Source: Eledone cirrhosa (Eukaryota). Taken from it: a stretch of 64,000 nucleotides of DNA. The notes beneath the pieces are model-generated. The model was not told the DNA's origin, ran no database searches, and was given only the letters and a program-made list of their open reading frames with translations. Below are positions 26,387 to 42,130 of this stretch, in pieces; position 1 is the stretch's first letter, and the number at the start of each line of letters is the position of its first letter. The translations under genes and the position numbers were made by a program. The stretch lies in contig OZ024758.1 in assembly GCA_964016885.1 (NCBI GenBank), forward strand, positions 31,434,001-31,498,000, in the 5' to 3' direction.

Positions 26387-26718
26387 GTGAAGGCGTCTCG
26401 CTTAGTGGTTAGAGCGTTGGGCATGCAATCGTGAAGTTGAGTCCGATTCTCAGACCGGGTAATGCGTTGTGTCCTTGAGCAAGACACTTTATTTCACGTT
26501 GTTTCAGTTCGCTCAGCTGTAGAAATGAGTTGTGATGTCACTGGTGCCAAGCTGTATCGGCCAATGCCTTTCCCTTGGACAACATCGGTGGTGCGGAGAA
26601 GGGAAACTGGTGTGCATGGGCGACTGTTGGTCTCTTGCTCGGATTGCACCTAGGAGTAAAGCTTTCTAGGTTCAAATTCCATGGTCATTCGTGATTGAAG
26701 GGGGTCTTTACCCTTTTT
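26387..26718 (+). mobile_element. tRNA-derived SINE family C with 12-bp target-site duplication
   Basis: A-box-like gcttagtggttagagcg; gtgtccttgagcaagacact core; tatattaagatt on both sides. Confidence 0.85.
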
Positions 26719-27266
26719 TATATTAAGATTTCTGAGAAACCGTGAATCAACACTGAAAATTAGGTGAAAACTATTTAATTTTACAGTAGTTTTGTTTATG
26801 TCATTGTTAATCACAATGAGTACACGAATTAATAATATTCACTAATTAATAATATTCTCGGTTTTATTTTCATGCCCCACATTTTTCTCATTTCCATATT
26901 GAAATATTTGTATTCTGCGATTATTTGACTATCCTTAGCGATATTTTGCTTAAAAGGATTCGAGATTACATTTGTATATGTTGTTGTTATAGGTATTCGT
27001 GTTTCCACTGGGAAAATGTTATAATTATTTCCAGAGTTCTGAAAATCATATTCCCGCGTAAAAACTCATAAAATGTAAACACCCAGAAATCATTCTGTAC
27101 ACAAGTGTTTGTGGACGTATCTATCCCCAGTCATCTGATTCAATTAATAAAACTTGCCGTTTACCTCAGACTAACAACGACAACTGTCACTGATAAATTA
27201 TATATTCAGATACTTCAAACAGTTTTATATTTAATCGAATTTAACTTCTCCATTGTTAAAAACACA

Positions 27267-27477
27267 TACGAGGGTCGGCTGAAAAGATAGTAGGCTGACT
27301 AAGATACTCTCATGGAATAGCCAAATGTTGTTTATTTTTCAACATAGTCTCTGGAAAGAAACAATGCAGTTATTAGTTAGAAAAGTTGAAATTAATGCAT
27401 GCAAGATTTCACTGCTCTAGCATCAATCCTTCATAGTCAGCCTATGAATTTTTCAGCCCCCCCCCCTCTCTCTCGTA
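27267..27477 (-). mobile_element. Mariner-like MITE
   Basis: Inverted homolog of 8875-9081; TIR tacgagggtcggctgaaaag. Confidence 0.85.
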
Positions 27478-28237
27478 TCTGAATATTTCCGGTTAATTGA
27501 ATCAGAGAGTGTCTTCATTACAACGAAAGGGTTGCTGGTTGAAGTCCTATAACCCCGATTGTTAAATTGCTGTTACTAAAACAATCCTCAGTGGCAAAGT
27601 TGACTTACAAATATATATCACAGTGGCTATATTTCACAGTAATGGCGGCGCAATGACAAGGCCGCCGCAGCGCCGGTTAGAATAACTGGATTTTATTTTT
27701 CGTAATTCAAAATGTTCAAATCCCGCCAAAGTTAACATTGACTTTTATCATTTCGGGGTCGATAAATAAAGTACCGGTAAAGTGATGGAATTGATCCGTC
27801 TTTTTCCTCTTAAAGAATTGGATGTTACATTTCAATGTTTCCATTTCATAATGTACATTAGTTTTAGGGATTATTCTACGTTAATTGATAGATTAATTGG
27901 TGTGAGGAAACATTTTTAATTGGAAATTGAGATTTGGTAAGAAAGGAATTAAATATTAACTCACATTTCATAACGAAATAATCTTGATAGGAATTAAAGT
28001 GTTAGCTAGTGTAACACAATATTTCAGTTAATAATTATAAAATAAAGATTGAATTAAAATATTTCGTTACTGCCGCGTCAGAGACTGTTGATAGAGTGTT
28101 AGTAAGTTTACAATAAAATGGGGGAGCATAAAATTGGGAAAAATTAGATGCATCAGCTTATTAAGCATTAGGTTAAAAGTTCGTTTTCTTATTGAATCTA
28201 TGGACAAGATGAATCATTTTACTAACCCTATTGCTTA

Positions 28238-28560
28238 GGCGGGGAATTGGCAGAGTCGTTAGAACGTTGGATAGAATGATTTGCGGTATTCATTTCAGTT
28301 CTCTGAGTTCAAATCCCACAAAGGTCAACTTTGCCTTTTATCTATTCCAGGTCTACAAAAATGTACCAGTCAAGTACTGAGGTCGAATCTTCCTCTATAT
28401 CTCTTTCTCACTTCCGTTCTCTACCCTTCTCTGTAAGAAATCTGCTGTATTCTGACCTAAAGACGTTCGGGCTCCACCAGGTTTTAAAGTACCCACAGAA
28501 CACCGTATATACAATACAGCGCTCCTACCACTCCTTCTTGAGTTACGGGAACATGCATAC
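28238..28560 (+). mobile_element. SINE family A variant
   Basis: ggcggggaattggcagagtcgttagaacg head, gagttcaaatcc B-box; homolog of 23195-23530. Confidence 0.7.
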
Positions 28561-28606
28561 CATTGCTTAGATAGTAAATATATATATTACGCCTATAGAT
28601 TTTAAT

Positions 28607-28715
28607 TGTTTCTACTTTTGGCACAAGGCCAGCAATTATCCCAGTGTATTACTGGTACTTTATTTTATCGACCCCGTAAGGATGAAAGGCAAAGTTAACC
28701 TCGGCGGGATTTGAA
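28607..28715 (-). mobile_element. 5'-truncated SINE family A with 21-bp target-site duplication
   Basis: attacgcctatagattttaat on both sides. Confidence 0.92.
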
Positions 28716-29806
28716 TTACGCCTATAGATTTTAATAAGGGAAAAAACGTCGTGTATATTGATCTTTTAACGGGCAAAAGCACGGTTCTGTTTCCTTGCTT
28801 GGTATATTAGAATGTAAGACTTTAAATAGTCTCCTTCTTCAACTACTATAGAATTAAAGCTGACTGATTTTTATTTTTGCAATATAATCAAGATGCTTTT
28901 CATTAATGAATGTTGTCTTTGGGGACTTGTTTTAATATTTCCAATTAACAGAAAGTTTATACCAACAAATGTTGAGTTCTAATTATGTTCAATGTTGCGA
29001 TAATTTTATGTTGAACTAAAACGAATCTAGCTATTTATTTACCAGAAGTTTTTATGTTGTCCAGTAATGGACGTATCATATTTACAAGAACGCAGTGATT
29101 ACTGTTGGGGTTTGAAACGATTCACTAAGAGAAACCCTGACAGTTGGTTTACAGAAACTCGCTATGTGCCTGTACAAGAGAAACAGCATACAAAAAAAAA
29201 TGTACTATGTACATAAAATAAAATAAAATAAAAAGAAAGAAAGAATTAGATGAGATCGATCTATGTAACTCATTCCTGACGTCTGAGAACTTCCAATTTG
29301 CTGATGAAATATGAGCTGGTCGTCGTTGATTTAATTTTATGTTACTACTTCTTCTGAAGCAGCATATAAGAGTTGCTTTTGAGATTTAGATGCATTAATG
29401 CTTAGCAGTATTGCATGCTAGTGATGTGGAGAAGAAGGAAAATATCATAATAGATATTATTAAGGTGCTATGATTATATTAAACAGCATAGAGGACGCTC
29501 ATCACTGTGCAGTCTAACTGAAAGCATTGAACAGATGGCAAGACACCGTATCCCATAGCAACTTTCACCCTTTTAACTTTCTATTCTTTTTCACGTGAAT
29601 CACACACTTTAACATAAACTTAATTTCACACACTCATACACTCATACACATTCATTCGTGCATATATAGTCATCAGACATATACGTAATGTCGCTTAGTT
29701 ATACAAACGAAAAACACAAAGAGATACGGACACGTATATTGAAATATATACACATGTTCTAATTCCCAGCTAGAGTAGCACACAGAGAAACGCACCACAC
29801 ACACAC

Positions 29807-29852
<46 letters not shown>

Positions 29853-29978
29853 AATCACATTCACTTATAAACAGATAAATACCTACATACATATGAGCAT
29901 ATACAAACAAATATATATATGTGTGTATATATATATATATATTATATATTTATATATGCATTTGTGTGTATGTGTTTT

Positions 29979-30020
<42 letters not shown>

Positions 30021-30404
30021 GATACACGTTCGTCCATGCGCACGTTTGCCAACAGTCCACTTCCCAGAAACCACTTACAGACATGCACAGCTATGCACAC
30101 TCATACACATATAGAAAAGTTAAATAACACAGTTCTAAATTCAGAAACACCATTATTGACACATTCACACACAAGTCTGCTTGAACCAATCACTTTAATG
30201 GCTCAGGTGATGTAGATAACATATTTATCAACCTGAGTGATCGATCTATCGTAAATTGGAGAGAAGTAAATAAAAATAGCTCTGTGAAAATATCGATGAA
30301 GGACAAACGAACTTTTGTCTTGTCATGTCTGAAAGTAAAACAACACACACAAACATGTATCTATATTCACACGGAATGTAATTGTATATATATGTCTGTA
30401 TATA

Positions 30405-30775
30405 TGGCATGGAGATTAATGTGTTCTACTCGTGATTGTTAGGTCGTAAGTTCGATTCCCGGTGGCGCGTTATGTCCTTCAACAAGACATTTTATTTCAC
30501 GTTATGTCCTTCAGCAAGACACTTTATTTCGCGTTATGTCCTTCAACAAGACATCATTTTATATCAGTTTGCTCCAGTTCACTCATCTGGTACAAATGAG
30601 TCCTCCTGTATGTAATTCAAGGGGCCTCCCTTGTCACATCTCGTGCCATACTGAACTTCCTTGAGAACTACGCTAAGGTCACACGTATTTATGGCACCCT
30701 CAGCCACGTACACGTTAATGTAGGCTGTTCCGTTGATTAAATCAAGTGAGGACACTCGTCGTCGGAAATCACGCA
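30405..30775 (+). mobile_element. tRNA-derived SINE related to family C, with internal triplication
   Basis: B-box gttcgattcc; gttatgtccttcaacaagaca occurs three times (30469-30552). Confidence 0.7.
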
Positions 30776-31172
30776 GTGTGATCGAACTCGGGATCTAAGG
30801 ATTTGACCAAGCTACGTCCACAGTCAAGTATATATGGCTCGATCGTATATATGTTTAACTTCAAGTTCCTCCAAAATAATTATACTACCAGCACGTTTTC
30901 ATTTAAACTTTAAACACAATTCAAATTCTATTGCCACACTATCAACACGCATCTGTCAGCTACATCTCTCCAACACACGGTCCAGCATGGAAGCAGGTCC
31001 TTTGAGAGTGGAGTCCGGCCGCTACTTCGTTCCGGGGACCAAGAGCAAAGAAAGCTCCGCAACAATAATGCAACATCCATTGTGAGAAAAATCTTTGCCT
31101 GCTTCGGGCCCAAATGGGGTCCTGTACCGCCTCGCAAAAGATATTATGAAAGGCTAACTCATAGAAAGATAA

Positions 31173-31390
31173 TTTGTTCTACTTTAGGCACAAGGCCAGC
31201 AATTTTAAGGGGAGGGGAAAGTTGATTAAATCAACCCCAGTGCATTACTGGTACTTTATTTTATCGACTCCGTAAGGATGAAAGGCAAAGTTAACCTGGG
31301 CAGGATTTGAACTCAGAACATAAATGGCCATAACTCTAAGCTGCAAAGCATGGTGTCTAACACTCTAACGATACTGCCAATCCACCGCCC
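31173..31390 (-). mobile_element. SINE family A, full length with target-site duplication
   Basis: Flanks taactcatagaaagataat / taactcataaaaagataat. Confidence 0.92.
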
Positions 31391-31824
31391 TAACTCATAA
31401 AAAGATAATAAAATGCCTTAACAATTATGTCTATTAGAAAGACATGAAATAATATTTGCTAAGGATCCATATTTATATAAATATTTGGAACACATTTTTT
31501 CGAGAAGGCACATTTAAACAGTTAAAACGTCATTGTTTAAAACATTATAGTCTTAAATACGCGCACGCACATAAGCTTAACCGTAGCGCAGAAAATCCAT
31601 ATTATATATGTATATGTGTGTGATACCATTGCTCGACACTCTAGAGATGTAGCTTCTAGCATAGCCTCGGGTTAACCAAAACCAATGTATATCTGTACCC
31701 CTCTCTCTCTCATGTATGTATGTATGTATGTATGTATGTATGTATGTATGTATGTATGTATGTATGTATGTATGTATGTATGTATGTATGTATGTATGTA
31801 TGTATGTATGTATGTATGTCTGTC

Positions 31825-31862
<38 letters not shown>

Positions 31863-31965
31863 CGTGCGTGTGTGTGTGTGTTCGGAAAATATTGTTTTGG
31901 TAAAAACAGGAGTAAGCAGGAGAAAGCCTTCAACAATCGTTGTTTTAGTTACGATGGAGAATTTT

Positions 31966-32221
31966 ATAAAAATAATAAAATAAGATGCTGAGGTTACATA
32001 TATCGTTTAATCATAATAATTATTTCTACCGTTCTCCATGCAATCGAGATGTCCTTCATGCATTTGCTGTTGATTATGAGAATGGTTTCCACAGATGAAA
32101 ATCGATATATTTGATATGTCGCTGACAGGAAAACACACATCCTATTGCTTGTGTGCCCAGCATACATATAGAAATAATTATTATGATTAAACGATATATG
32201 TAACCTCAGCATCTTATTTTA

Positions 32222-32230
<9 letters not shown>
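31966..32230 (+). mobile_element. Head-to-head inverted-repeat insert (about 60-bp arms) ending in (TA)n
   Basis: 31970-32028 is the reverse complement of 32169-32227; 140-nt spacer; the arm begins GAAA-uaauua-UU, like a hammerhead 3' half, but there is no intact CUGANGA. Confidence 0.8.
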
Positions 32231-32302
<72 letters not shown>

Positions 32303-32749
32303 AAGAAAGAAAATATATTACTCTTTAAAATCATGTAAGTCTAAACACGCTAATTTAAAATTAGCTTAATGTAATTATTCAATGCATCACTACCGCTACA
32401 AAAAGTGACGTTACTCTTTATAGAACATTTAAAGCAAAATGAATGTGTAAATAATTAAGGTTGAATTATCCAACCTACTTTGTCATAGCAGTAAGTAACG
32501 CCAATGGTTTAAATACTGAACTGTGTTGCTTTACGATAAAAATTCCTTGAGATGTTACTTCTGCATCAAATTACAGACATTTAACAGGCGGTGACAATGG
32601 GAGTTTGGTTTCTCTGTGCTCGGACCTGGTGTACATGTGTGTGTCACTGATTTATTTGACTGGTTTTACTATCCCAATATTTTCATATTCTCCTATTTGC
32701 AAATTCTCAATACAATTTTTTGTACGTGTGTGTACAGACATTATTTTGT

Positions 32750-32932
32750 GCGGTGGATTGGTAGAATTTGTAGAGGGTCGGACATGCTTTCCAGTAAAGT
32801 TACGTCCCTTTACGATCTGATTTCAAATCCCGCCGAGGTTAACTTTGCCTTTCATCCTTACGAGGTCGATAAAATAAAGTACCAGTAATGTACTGGGTAA
32901 TTTGCTGGCCTTGTGCCAAAAGTAGAAACAAT
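32750..32932 (+). mobile_element. SINE family A
   Basis: Full family match; attattttgt flanks. Confidence 0.9.
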
Positions 32933-33154
32933 TATTTTGTAATTCTCTACATTTAAGTGTTTAAGATATGTTATTACGTTAGTTGAAAGCAACGACTATT
33001 CGACTTAGATGAAAGAGCGGCCTGATTATTTTTCCTCTTTGGATAGAGATACGGCCCTTTACGTTCTCAGTTCAAATCCCACCCAGGTTAGTTTTTCCTT
33101 TCATCCTTACAGGGTGGATAAAATAAAGTCACGCACTGAAGTCGATTTAGAATT

Positions 33155-33650
33155 CATAGTCGTCTTCTCATCGTGTCCTCAAGAGTGTTACAAAGCTTGG
33201 CTAGATGTGGTTCAGCTGCACACATTGCTGCACACTCTGCCAAGTACAATGCTGTGTGTTCCAGTAGCGGCCATGTCAGGAGGTCTGCGTAGTTTGTCGT
33301 TCGATGCCGCAGCCACACACAACATTCCCGTCCTTTAGATATTCCCATTTTACCAGATTGGCTTTTGCACAACCAAAACTAGATCATAGTCTGTTGAGGC
33401 ATTTCCACACTGCATAGTTTGTATCTGCTCCAGGGGGTAGTGCCTCGCTCACCTTTAGCTCCAGGGGGTAGTGCCTCGCTCACCTTTAGCTCCAGGGGGC
33501 AGTGCCTCGCTCGCCTTTAGCTCCATTGTTGTTACAGATGGGAGGTTGTTAAGGTTTTCTTGCCTGTGAATAACTCTTTCATTACTTATGTTTGATGTTC
33601 CAAGGGGTTGGACGCTCTTTAGGAAACATTTCCCGGATTTAAGAATTCGT
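33155..33650 (-). mobile_element. 3' fragment of an Ingi/Vingi-like LINE with an internal 31-bp triplication
   Basis: Minus strand: LKSGKCFL...LPPGA...WKCLNRL.S.FG.AK.NLVKWEY....VVCGCG..QT; the 31-bp unit starts at 33427, 33458, 33489. Confidence 0.7.
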
Positions 33651-33789
33651 AGTAGCAGCAGCAGTAGTAGTAGTATCAGTAGTAATAGCAGCAGTAGAAG
33701 CAGTATCAGTAGTAGTAGCAGCAGTAGAAGCAGTATCAGTAGTAGTAGCAGCATGTGAATCTAATATTTAGATGCCTGTGTAATAATTA

Positions 33790-35160
<1,371 letters not shown>

Positions 35161-35360
35161 NNNNNNNNNNNNNNNNNNNNNNNNNNNNNNNNNNNNNNNN
35201 NNNNNNNNNNNNNNNNNNNNNNNNNNNNNNNNNNNNNNNNNNNNNNNNNNNNNNNNNNNNNNNNNNNNNNNNNNNNNNNNNNNNNNNNNNNNNNNNNNNN
35301 NNNNNNNNNNNNNNNNNNNNNNNNNNNNNNNNNNNNNNNNNNNNNNNNNNNNNNNNNNNN
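35161..35360. other. Assembly gap (200 N)
   Basis: Run of n. Confidence 1.
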
Positions 35361-38300
35361 GGACAGTTGGCTGCACCAAACCCCTATCACAGTGGAACTA
35401 CAGTCTGAGGAGAGGAGGAACAGGACAGTTGGCTGCACCAAACCCCTATCACAGTAGAACTACAGTCTGAGAGAGGAGGAACAGGACAGTTGCTGCACCA
35501 AACCCCTATCACAGTGGAACTACAGTCTGGGAGAGGAGGAACAGGACAGTTGGCTGCACCAAACCCCTATCACAGTAGAACTACAGTCTGGGAGAGGAGG
35601 AACAGGACAGTTGGCTGCACCAAACCCCTATCACAGTGGAAACTACAGTCTGGAGAGGAGGAACAGGACAGTTGGCTGCACCAAACCCCTATCACAGTAG
35701 AACTACAGTCTGAGAGAGGAGGAACAGGACAGTTGGCTGCACCAAACCCCTATCACAGTAGAACCACAGTCTGGGAGAGGAGGAACAGGACAGTTGGCTG
35801 CACCAAACCCCTATCACAGTGGAACTACAGTCTGGGAGAGGAGGAACAGGACAGTTGGCTGCACCAAACCCCTATCACAGTAGAACCACAGTCTGGGAGA
35901 GGAGGAACAGGACAGTTGGCTGCACCAAACCCCTATCACAGTGGAACTACAGTCTGGGAGAGGAGGAACAGGACAGTTGGCTGCACCAAACCCCTATCAC
36001 AGTAGAACTACAGTCTGAGAGAGGAGGAACAGGACAGTTGGCTGCACCAAACCCCTATCACAGTAGAACTACAGTCTGAGAGAGGAGGAACAGGACAGTT
36101 GGCTGCACCAAACCCCTATCACAGTAGAACTACAGTCTGAGAGAGGAGGAACAGGACAGTTGGCTGCACCCAAACCCCTATCACAGTGGAACTACAGTCT
36201 GGGAGAGGAGGAACAGGACAGTTGGCTGCACCAAACCCCTATCACAGTAGAACTACAGTCTGAGAGAGGAGGAACAGGACAGTTGGCTGCACCAAACCCC
36301 TATCACAGTAGAACTACAGTCTGGGAGAGGAGGAACAGGACAGTTGGCTGCACCAAACCCCTATCACAGTGGAACTACAGTCTGGGAGAGGAGGAACAGG
36401 ACAGTTGGCTGCACCAAACCCCTATCACAGTGGAACTACAGTCTGGGAGAGGAGGAACAGGACAGTTGGCTGCACCAAACCCCTATCACAGTGGAACTAC
36501 AGTCTGGGAGAGGAGGAACAGGACAGTTGGCTGCACCAAACCCCTATCACAGTGGAACTACAGTCTGGGAGAGGAGGAACAGGACAGTTGGCTGCACCAA
36601 ACCCCTATCACAGTGGAACTACAGTCTGGGAGAGGAGGAACAGGACAGTTGGCTGCACCAAACCCCTATCACAGTGGAACTACAGTCTGGGAGAGGAGGA
36701 ACAGGACAGTTGGCTGCACCAAACCCCTATCACAGTAGAACTACAGTCTGAGAGAGGAGGAACAGGACAGTTGGCTGCACCAAACCCCTATCACAGTGGA
36801 ACTACAGTCTGAGAGAGGAGGAACAGGACAGTTGGCTGCACCAAACCCCTATCACAGTAGAACTACAGTCTGAGAGAGGAGGAACAGGACAGTTGGCTGC
36901 ACCAAACCCCTATCACAGTAGAACTACAGTCTGAGAGAGGAGGAACAGGACAGTTGGCTGCACCAAACCCCTATCACAGTGGAACTACAGTCTGGGAGAG
37001 GAGGAACAGGACAGTTGGCTGCACCAAACCCCTATCACAGTAGAACTACAGTCTGAGAGAGGAGGAACAGGACAGTTGGCTGCACCAAACCCCTATCACA
37101 GTGGAACTACAGTCTGGGAGAGGAGGAACAGGACAGTTGGCTGCACCAAACCCCTATCACAGTGGAACTACAGTCTGGGAGAGGAGGAACAGGACAGTTG
37201 GCTGCACCAAACCCCTATCACAGTAGAACTACAGTCTGAGAGAGGAGGAACAGGACAGTTGGCTGCACCAAACCCCTATCACAGTGGAACTACAGTCTGA
37301 GAGAGGAGGAACAGGACAGTTGGCTGCACCAAACCCCTATCACAGTAGAACTACAGTCTGAGAGAGGAGGAACAGGACAGTTGGCTGCACCAAACCCCTA
37401 TCACAGTAGAACTACAGTCTGAGAGAGGAGGAACAGGACAGTTGGCTGCACCAAACCCCTATCACAGTAGAACTACAGTCTGGGAGAGGAGGAACAGGAC
37501 AGTTGGCTGCACCAAACCCCTATCACAGTAGAACTACAGTCTGGGAGAGGAGGAACAGGACAGTTGGCTGCACCAAACCCCTATCACAGTAGAACCACAG
37601 TCTGGGAGAGGAGGAACAGGACAGTTGGCTGCACCAAACCCCTATCACAGTGGAACTACAGTCTGGGAGAGGAGGAACAGGACAGTTGGCTGCACCAAAC
37701 CCATATCACAGTGGAACTACAGTCTGGGAGAGGAGGAACAGGACAGTTGGCTGCACCAAACCCCTATCACAGTAGAACTACAGTCTGAGAGAGGAGGAAC
37801 AGGACAGTTGGCTGCACCAAACCCCTATCACAGTAGAACCACAGTCTGGGAGAGGAGGAACAGGACAGTTGGCTGCACCAAACCCCTATCACAGTGAAAC
37901 TACAGTCTGGGAGAGGAGGAACAGGACAGTTGGCTGCACCAAACCCCTATCACAGTGGAACTACAGTCTGGGAGAGGAGGAACAGGACAGTTGGCTGCAC
38001 CAAACCCCTATCACAGTAGAACCACAGTCTGGGAGAGGAGGAACAGGACAGTTGGCTGCACCAAACCCCTATCACAGTGGAACTACAGTCTGGGAGAGGA
38101 GGAACAGGACAGTTGGCTGCACCAAACCCCTATCACAGTGGAACTACAGTCTGGGAGAGGAGGAACAGGACAGTTGGCTGCACCAAACCCCTATCACAGT
38201 GGAACTACAGTCTGGGAGAGGAGGAACAGGACAGTTGGCTGCACCAAACCCCTATCACAGTGGAACTACAGTCTGGGAGAGGAGGAACAGGACAGTTGGC

Positions 38301-39132
38301 TGCACCAAACCCCTATCACAGTGGAACTACAGTCTGGGAGAGGAGGAACAGGACAGTTGGCTGCACCAAACCCCTATCACAGTAGAACCACAGTCTGGGA
38401 GAGGAGGAACAGGACAGTTGGCTGCACCAAACCCCTATCACAGTGGAACTACAGTCTGGGAGAGGAGGAACAGGACAGTTGGCTGCACCAAACCCCTATC
38501 ACAGTGGAACCACAGTCTGGGAGAGGAGGAACAGGACAGTTGGCTGCACCAAACCCCTATCACAGTGGAACTACAGTCTGGGAGAGGAGGAACAGGACAG
38601 TTGGCTGCACCAAACCCCTATCACAGTGGAACTACAGTCTGGGAGAGGAGGAACAGGCCAGTTGGCTGCACCAAACCCCTATCACAGTAGAACTACAGTC
38701 TGGGAGAGGAGGAACAGGCCAGTTGGCTGCACCAAACCCCTATCACAGTAGAACTACAGTCTGGGAGAGGAGGAACAGGACAGTTGGCTGCACCAAACCC
38801 CTATCACAGTAGAACTACAGTCTGGGAGAGGAGGAACAGGCCAGTTGGCTGCACCAAACCCCTATCACAGTGGAACTACAGTCTGGGAGAGGAGGAACAG
38901 GACAGTTGGCTGCACCAAACCCCTATCACAGTAGAACTACAGTCTGGGAGAGGAGGAACAGGCCAGTTGGCTGCACCAAACCCCTATCACAGTGGAACCA
39001 CTGTCTGGGAGAGGAGGAACAGGCCAGTTGGCTGCACCAAACCCCAATCACAGTAGAACTACAGTCTGGGAGAGGAGGAACAGGTCAGTTGGCTGCACCA
39101 AACCCCTATCACAGTGGAACCACTGTCTGAGA
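35361..39132. repeat. 61-bp satellite, about 62 highly homogeneous copies
   Basis: Unit ggacagttggctgcaccaaacccctatcacagt(g/a)gaactacagtctg(g/a)gagaggaggaaca. Confidence 0.98.
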
Positions 39133-39227
39133 GCCTGGAACTGGGTGGTTATACTACTAATATTCTTCTACCAGTTTCAGGCAGTTTGGTATCAGGCGAG
39201 TTTACTTTCAACATTTACATAAAACAC

Positions 39228-39493
39228 ACACATACACACATGGATACAAATACAAACACACACGCACACACACACAGACACACACAGATGCACACAGACT
39301 CATAGATACAGATACCAATACAAACACACACACATGCACAAACACACACAGACAGACACATGGATACAAATACAAACACACACGCACACACACACAGACA
39401 CACACAGATGCACACAGACTCATAGATACAGATACCAATACAAACACACACACATGCACAAACACACACAGACAGACACATGGATACAAATAC
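39228..39493. repeat. 120-bp tandem duplication of CA-rich sequence
   Basis: 39241-39360 is repeated at 39361-39480. Confidence 0.92.
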
Positions 39494-40089
39494 CAACAGA
39501 AGAACATACAAACACACAAATCCGCTCCCATAAAGTTATGAAATATGTCTAGCTACTGCTACAAGCAGAGTTGTTAGAGCATCAAATTAAATATCTTGCA
39601 GTATGTCCCCCTGCATTCTGAGTTCAAATCCTGAGTTCTGAGTTACTGCTCAGAAATGGTCTACAATATGCTAAGTAACAGGAAAACAATTATGGTTGCT
39701 TTATCTAGTGTACCTATTGAGATAGAAATAACTAAAAGAGGCATATATTTGCTATATGTTTAATTCCTGGAAATTTTAAGAGGCCTGCAGATGCAAAAAT
39801 ATACAAGATATACTTGATTTGATAAGATATTTGAACTCTACAGAAAAAGTTAGCTCCAAACATATGATTTCAAAGTTGTGCTTACCTTATTAGAGGAGAA
39901 ATTGCTGTCTCAAGTTGGTCTGAGAGGCTCATTCGAAAAAAAAATGCATAATTAATTAATATTTTAAAGGCCTACAATTTCAAAACTATCAAAGATATTG
40001 ACCTAAAACTTGATATTTTTCCATCATATAGATACAGGAGCTAGTATGAAATTTTTTAGAGGGATCTGAGGGGGTGCCCTCGGACCCTC

Positions 40090-40990
40090 TGGGTGATTTG
40101 AGATGGAATGACACAACGTCAGCTCTCACTACTTCCGCCGATGTTTTTCGTGGTCTTCCTCTACTGCATCTTCCTTCCACCAGGAATTCTTGGCTCTTCT
40201 TCACCCAGCGGTCATCTTCCATGTGCATCACATGTCCATACCAACGCAGTCTTCTCTCCCGCACACTACAACTTATCCCTCTTATTCACAGTTTCACTCT
40301 CAACTCGTCTATGCTTGGTCGTTCACGCACATTGACATTGCACATCCAACGGAGCATGCTTGCTTCATTTCTCTCCAGCCGTCACATATCCTCCACAGCT
40401 GCCCATGTCTCACTACTATGCAGCATCGCGCATCTCACACAGGCATCATATAACCGACCTTTCGTTCGTAGGAGAAACCCTTCGTTGTCAACAGAAGAAG
40501 CAGCCCTAAACTTCTTCCATCCTCTCCTTATTCTAGATACTATAGCCTTGAAGCACCCTCCTCCCTTGCTAATCTGATCACCTAGGTATCGGAAGCTATC
40601 AACCACCTCTATAGATCCTACCTGCATTTGAAAAATGTGCCTATCACTGACACTTCTATCAATTTTCCCTGAACATCTACTACGTATGAAGTTTTCCTTT
40701 CCTGTTAGTTTGCCTGCTATCCCACTACACCTCTTGTGTACCCAAGATCTGTATTGTGTACATTCTATAGAGTTTATGCCAACTCTTTTCTACACATCGA
40801 GCATGGCCATTTCCCTGATGGAATCAGAGTCTTGTCCTCTTTCCTACTTATCAATACTTTAGTCTTTGCTAGGTTCACTCTCAGTCCCCTTGATTCTAAC
40901 TGCTGTTTCCACAGCCAGAATTTATTCTCTAGCTCCTCTACTGATTCTGCTATAAGTACCAGATCGTCAGCATAGAGAAGTTCCCATGCA
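40090..40990 (-). mobile_element. RTE-clade LINE fragment (family R2)
   Basis: WELLYADDLVLIA, FRYLGDQI, KGRLYDACVR..MLH.SETW, RRLRWYGHV, RGRPRKT. Confidence 0.9.
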
Positions 40991-41501
40991 CATTTATATT
41001 TATATACTCATACGTGCATCAGTGTGTTGAAAAAAATTCTAGTATTATAAACTCCTGTCATTCACTTACTCTAATTATCTGTCTTGTTTATGGGATTCAA
41101 AAACATTTAACCCAACACATTATCTCTTTACATGTTCCGTCTAGTCTCTAGTCATCTATTATTTATTAATCCCCATTTCAAATCTTCAAACAGCTAATCA
41201 GCTTTTTTTGCTTTTTTTTTACTTTATGTATTTATTTATTTAGTTATTTAATTAGATTTTTTTTATAAATACTTTTATTCTTCTGCTAAATCCTTTTTTT
41301 TTTTCAAATTCCTTTGTTTTCTCCGTTACATGTTAATAATCTGTTTATCCAATTCTATCCCTATCTCCACCCACTATTGTTAAACAAAGGTCAACATTAG
41401 TTATGGAGACATATTCTCATTGAGGTCATATTAATATTTACATTTACTTTATATTTAATTTACTCATTCATTCACTAGAACATGTTTACCTCTCTTATGT
41501 G

Positions 41502-41563
<62 letters not shown>

Positions 41564-41690
41564 TGTGTATGTATGTAAGTGTGTGTGTGTGTGTCTGTAT
41601 GTATGTGTGTGTGTGCAACCTTTTATGTAATGGAATTATCCTCACCTTCATCATCATCATCACCATTGTCATTATCATAACCACCAACAG

Positions 41691-41740
<50 letters not shown>

Positions 41741-42130
41741 CAATCACAACCACCACCAATAACACCACCACCACCACCACCAAAGACGATGATGGCAACA
41801 CCAACAACAACAACATGTCGTTAGCATAATCCAAATCTATCAAACACTTTTCAATTATTTCCTTGATAATATAGTTTATTAAAACAGCAAACAAGATAGG
41901 CGGCAGAGTGCCTCTCTGTAGCACTTTACTCCCAGCTTCAAATTCATATCAGAGCTAATTGTCTACGTTTACTCAACAGCCATAGAAATCTTGCCAAAGG
42001 GTTGGGAAGACCCTTCAGTTGTGTCAAAGACATGACAACCTCTCCTATGCACTTGGTAACATGCGAGACTGTATGTAAGTGAGATAACAGACCCCTAGCC
42101 TGTATGGGAGGTCAGTAGCCCCGCTTCAGG

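Noticed and set aside
35361-39132. Long ORFs (up to 285 aa) and CRISPR-like regularity in the 61-bp array
   Set aside because: The ORFs are translations of a tandem unit cycling through three frames; there are no unique spacers or cas genes
39885-39922. Possible 34-nt minus-strand exon (ctcag|...QLETAISPLI|gtaag)
   Set aside because: Splice signals alone are common by chance; no recognisable protein or partner exon; needs RNA-seq
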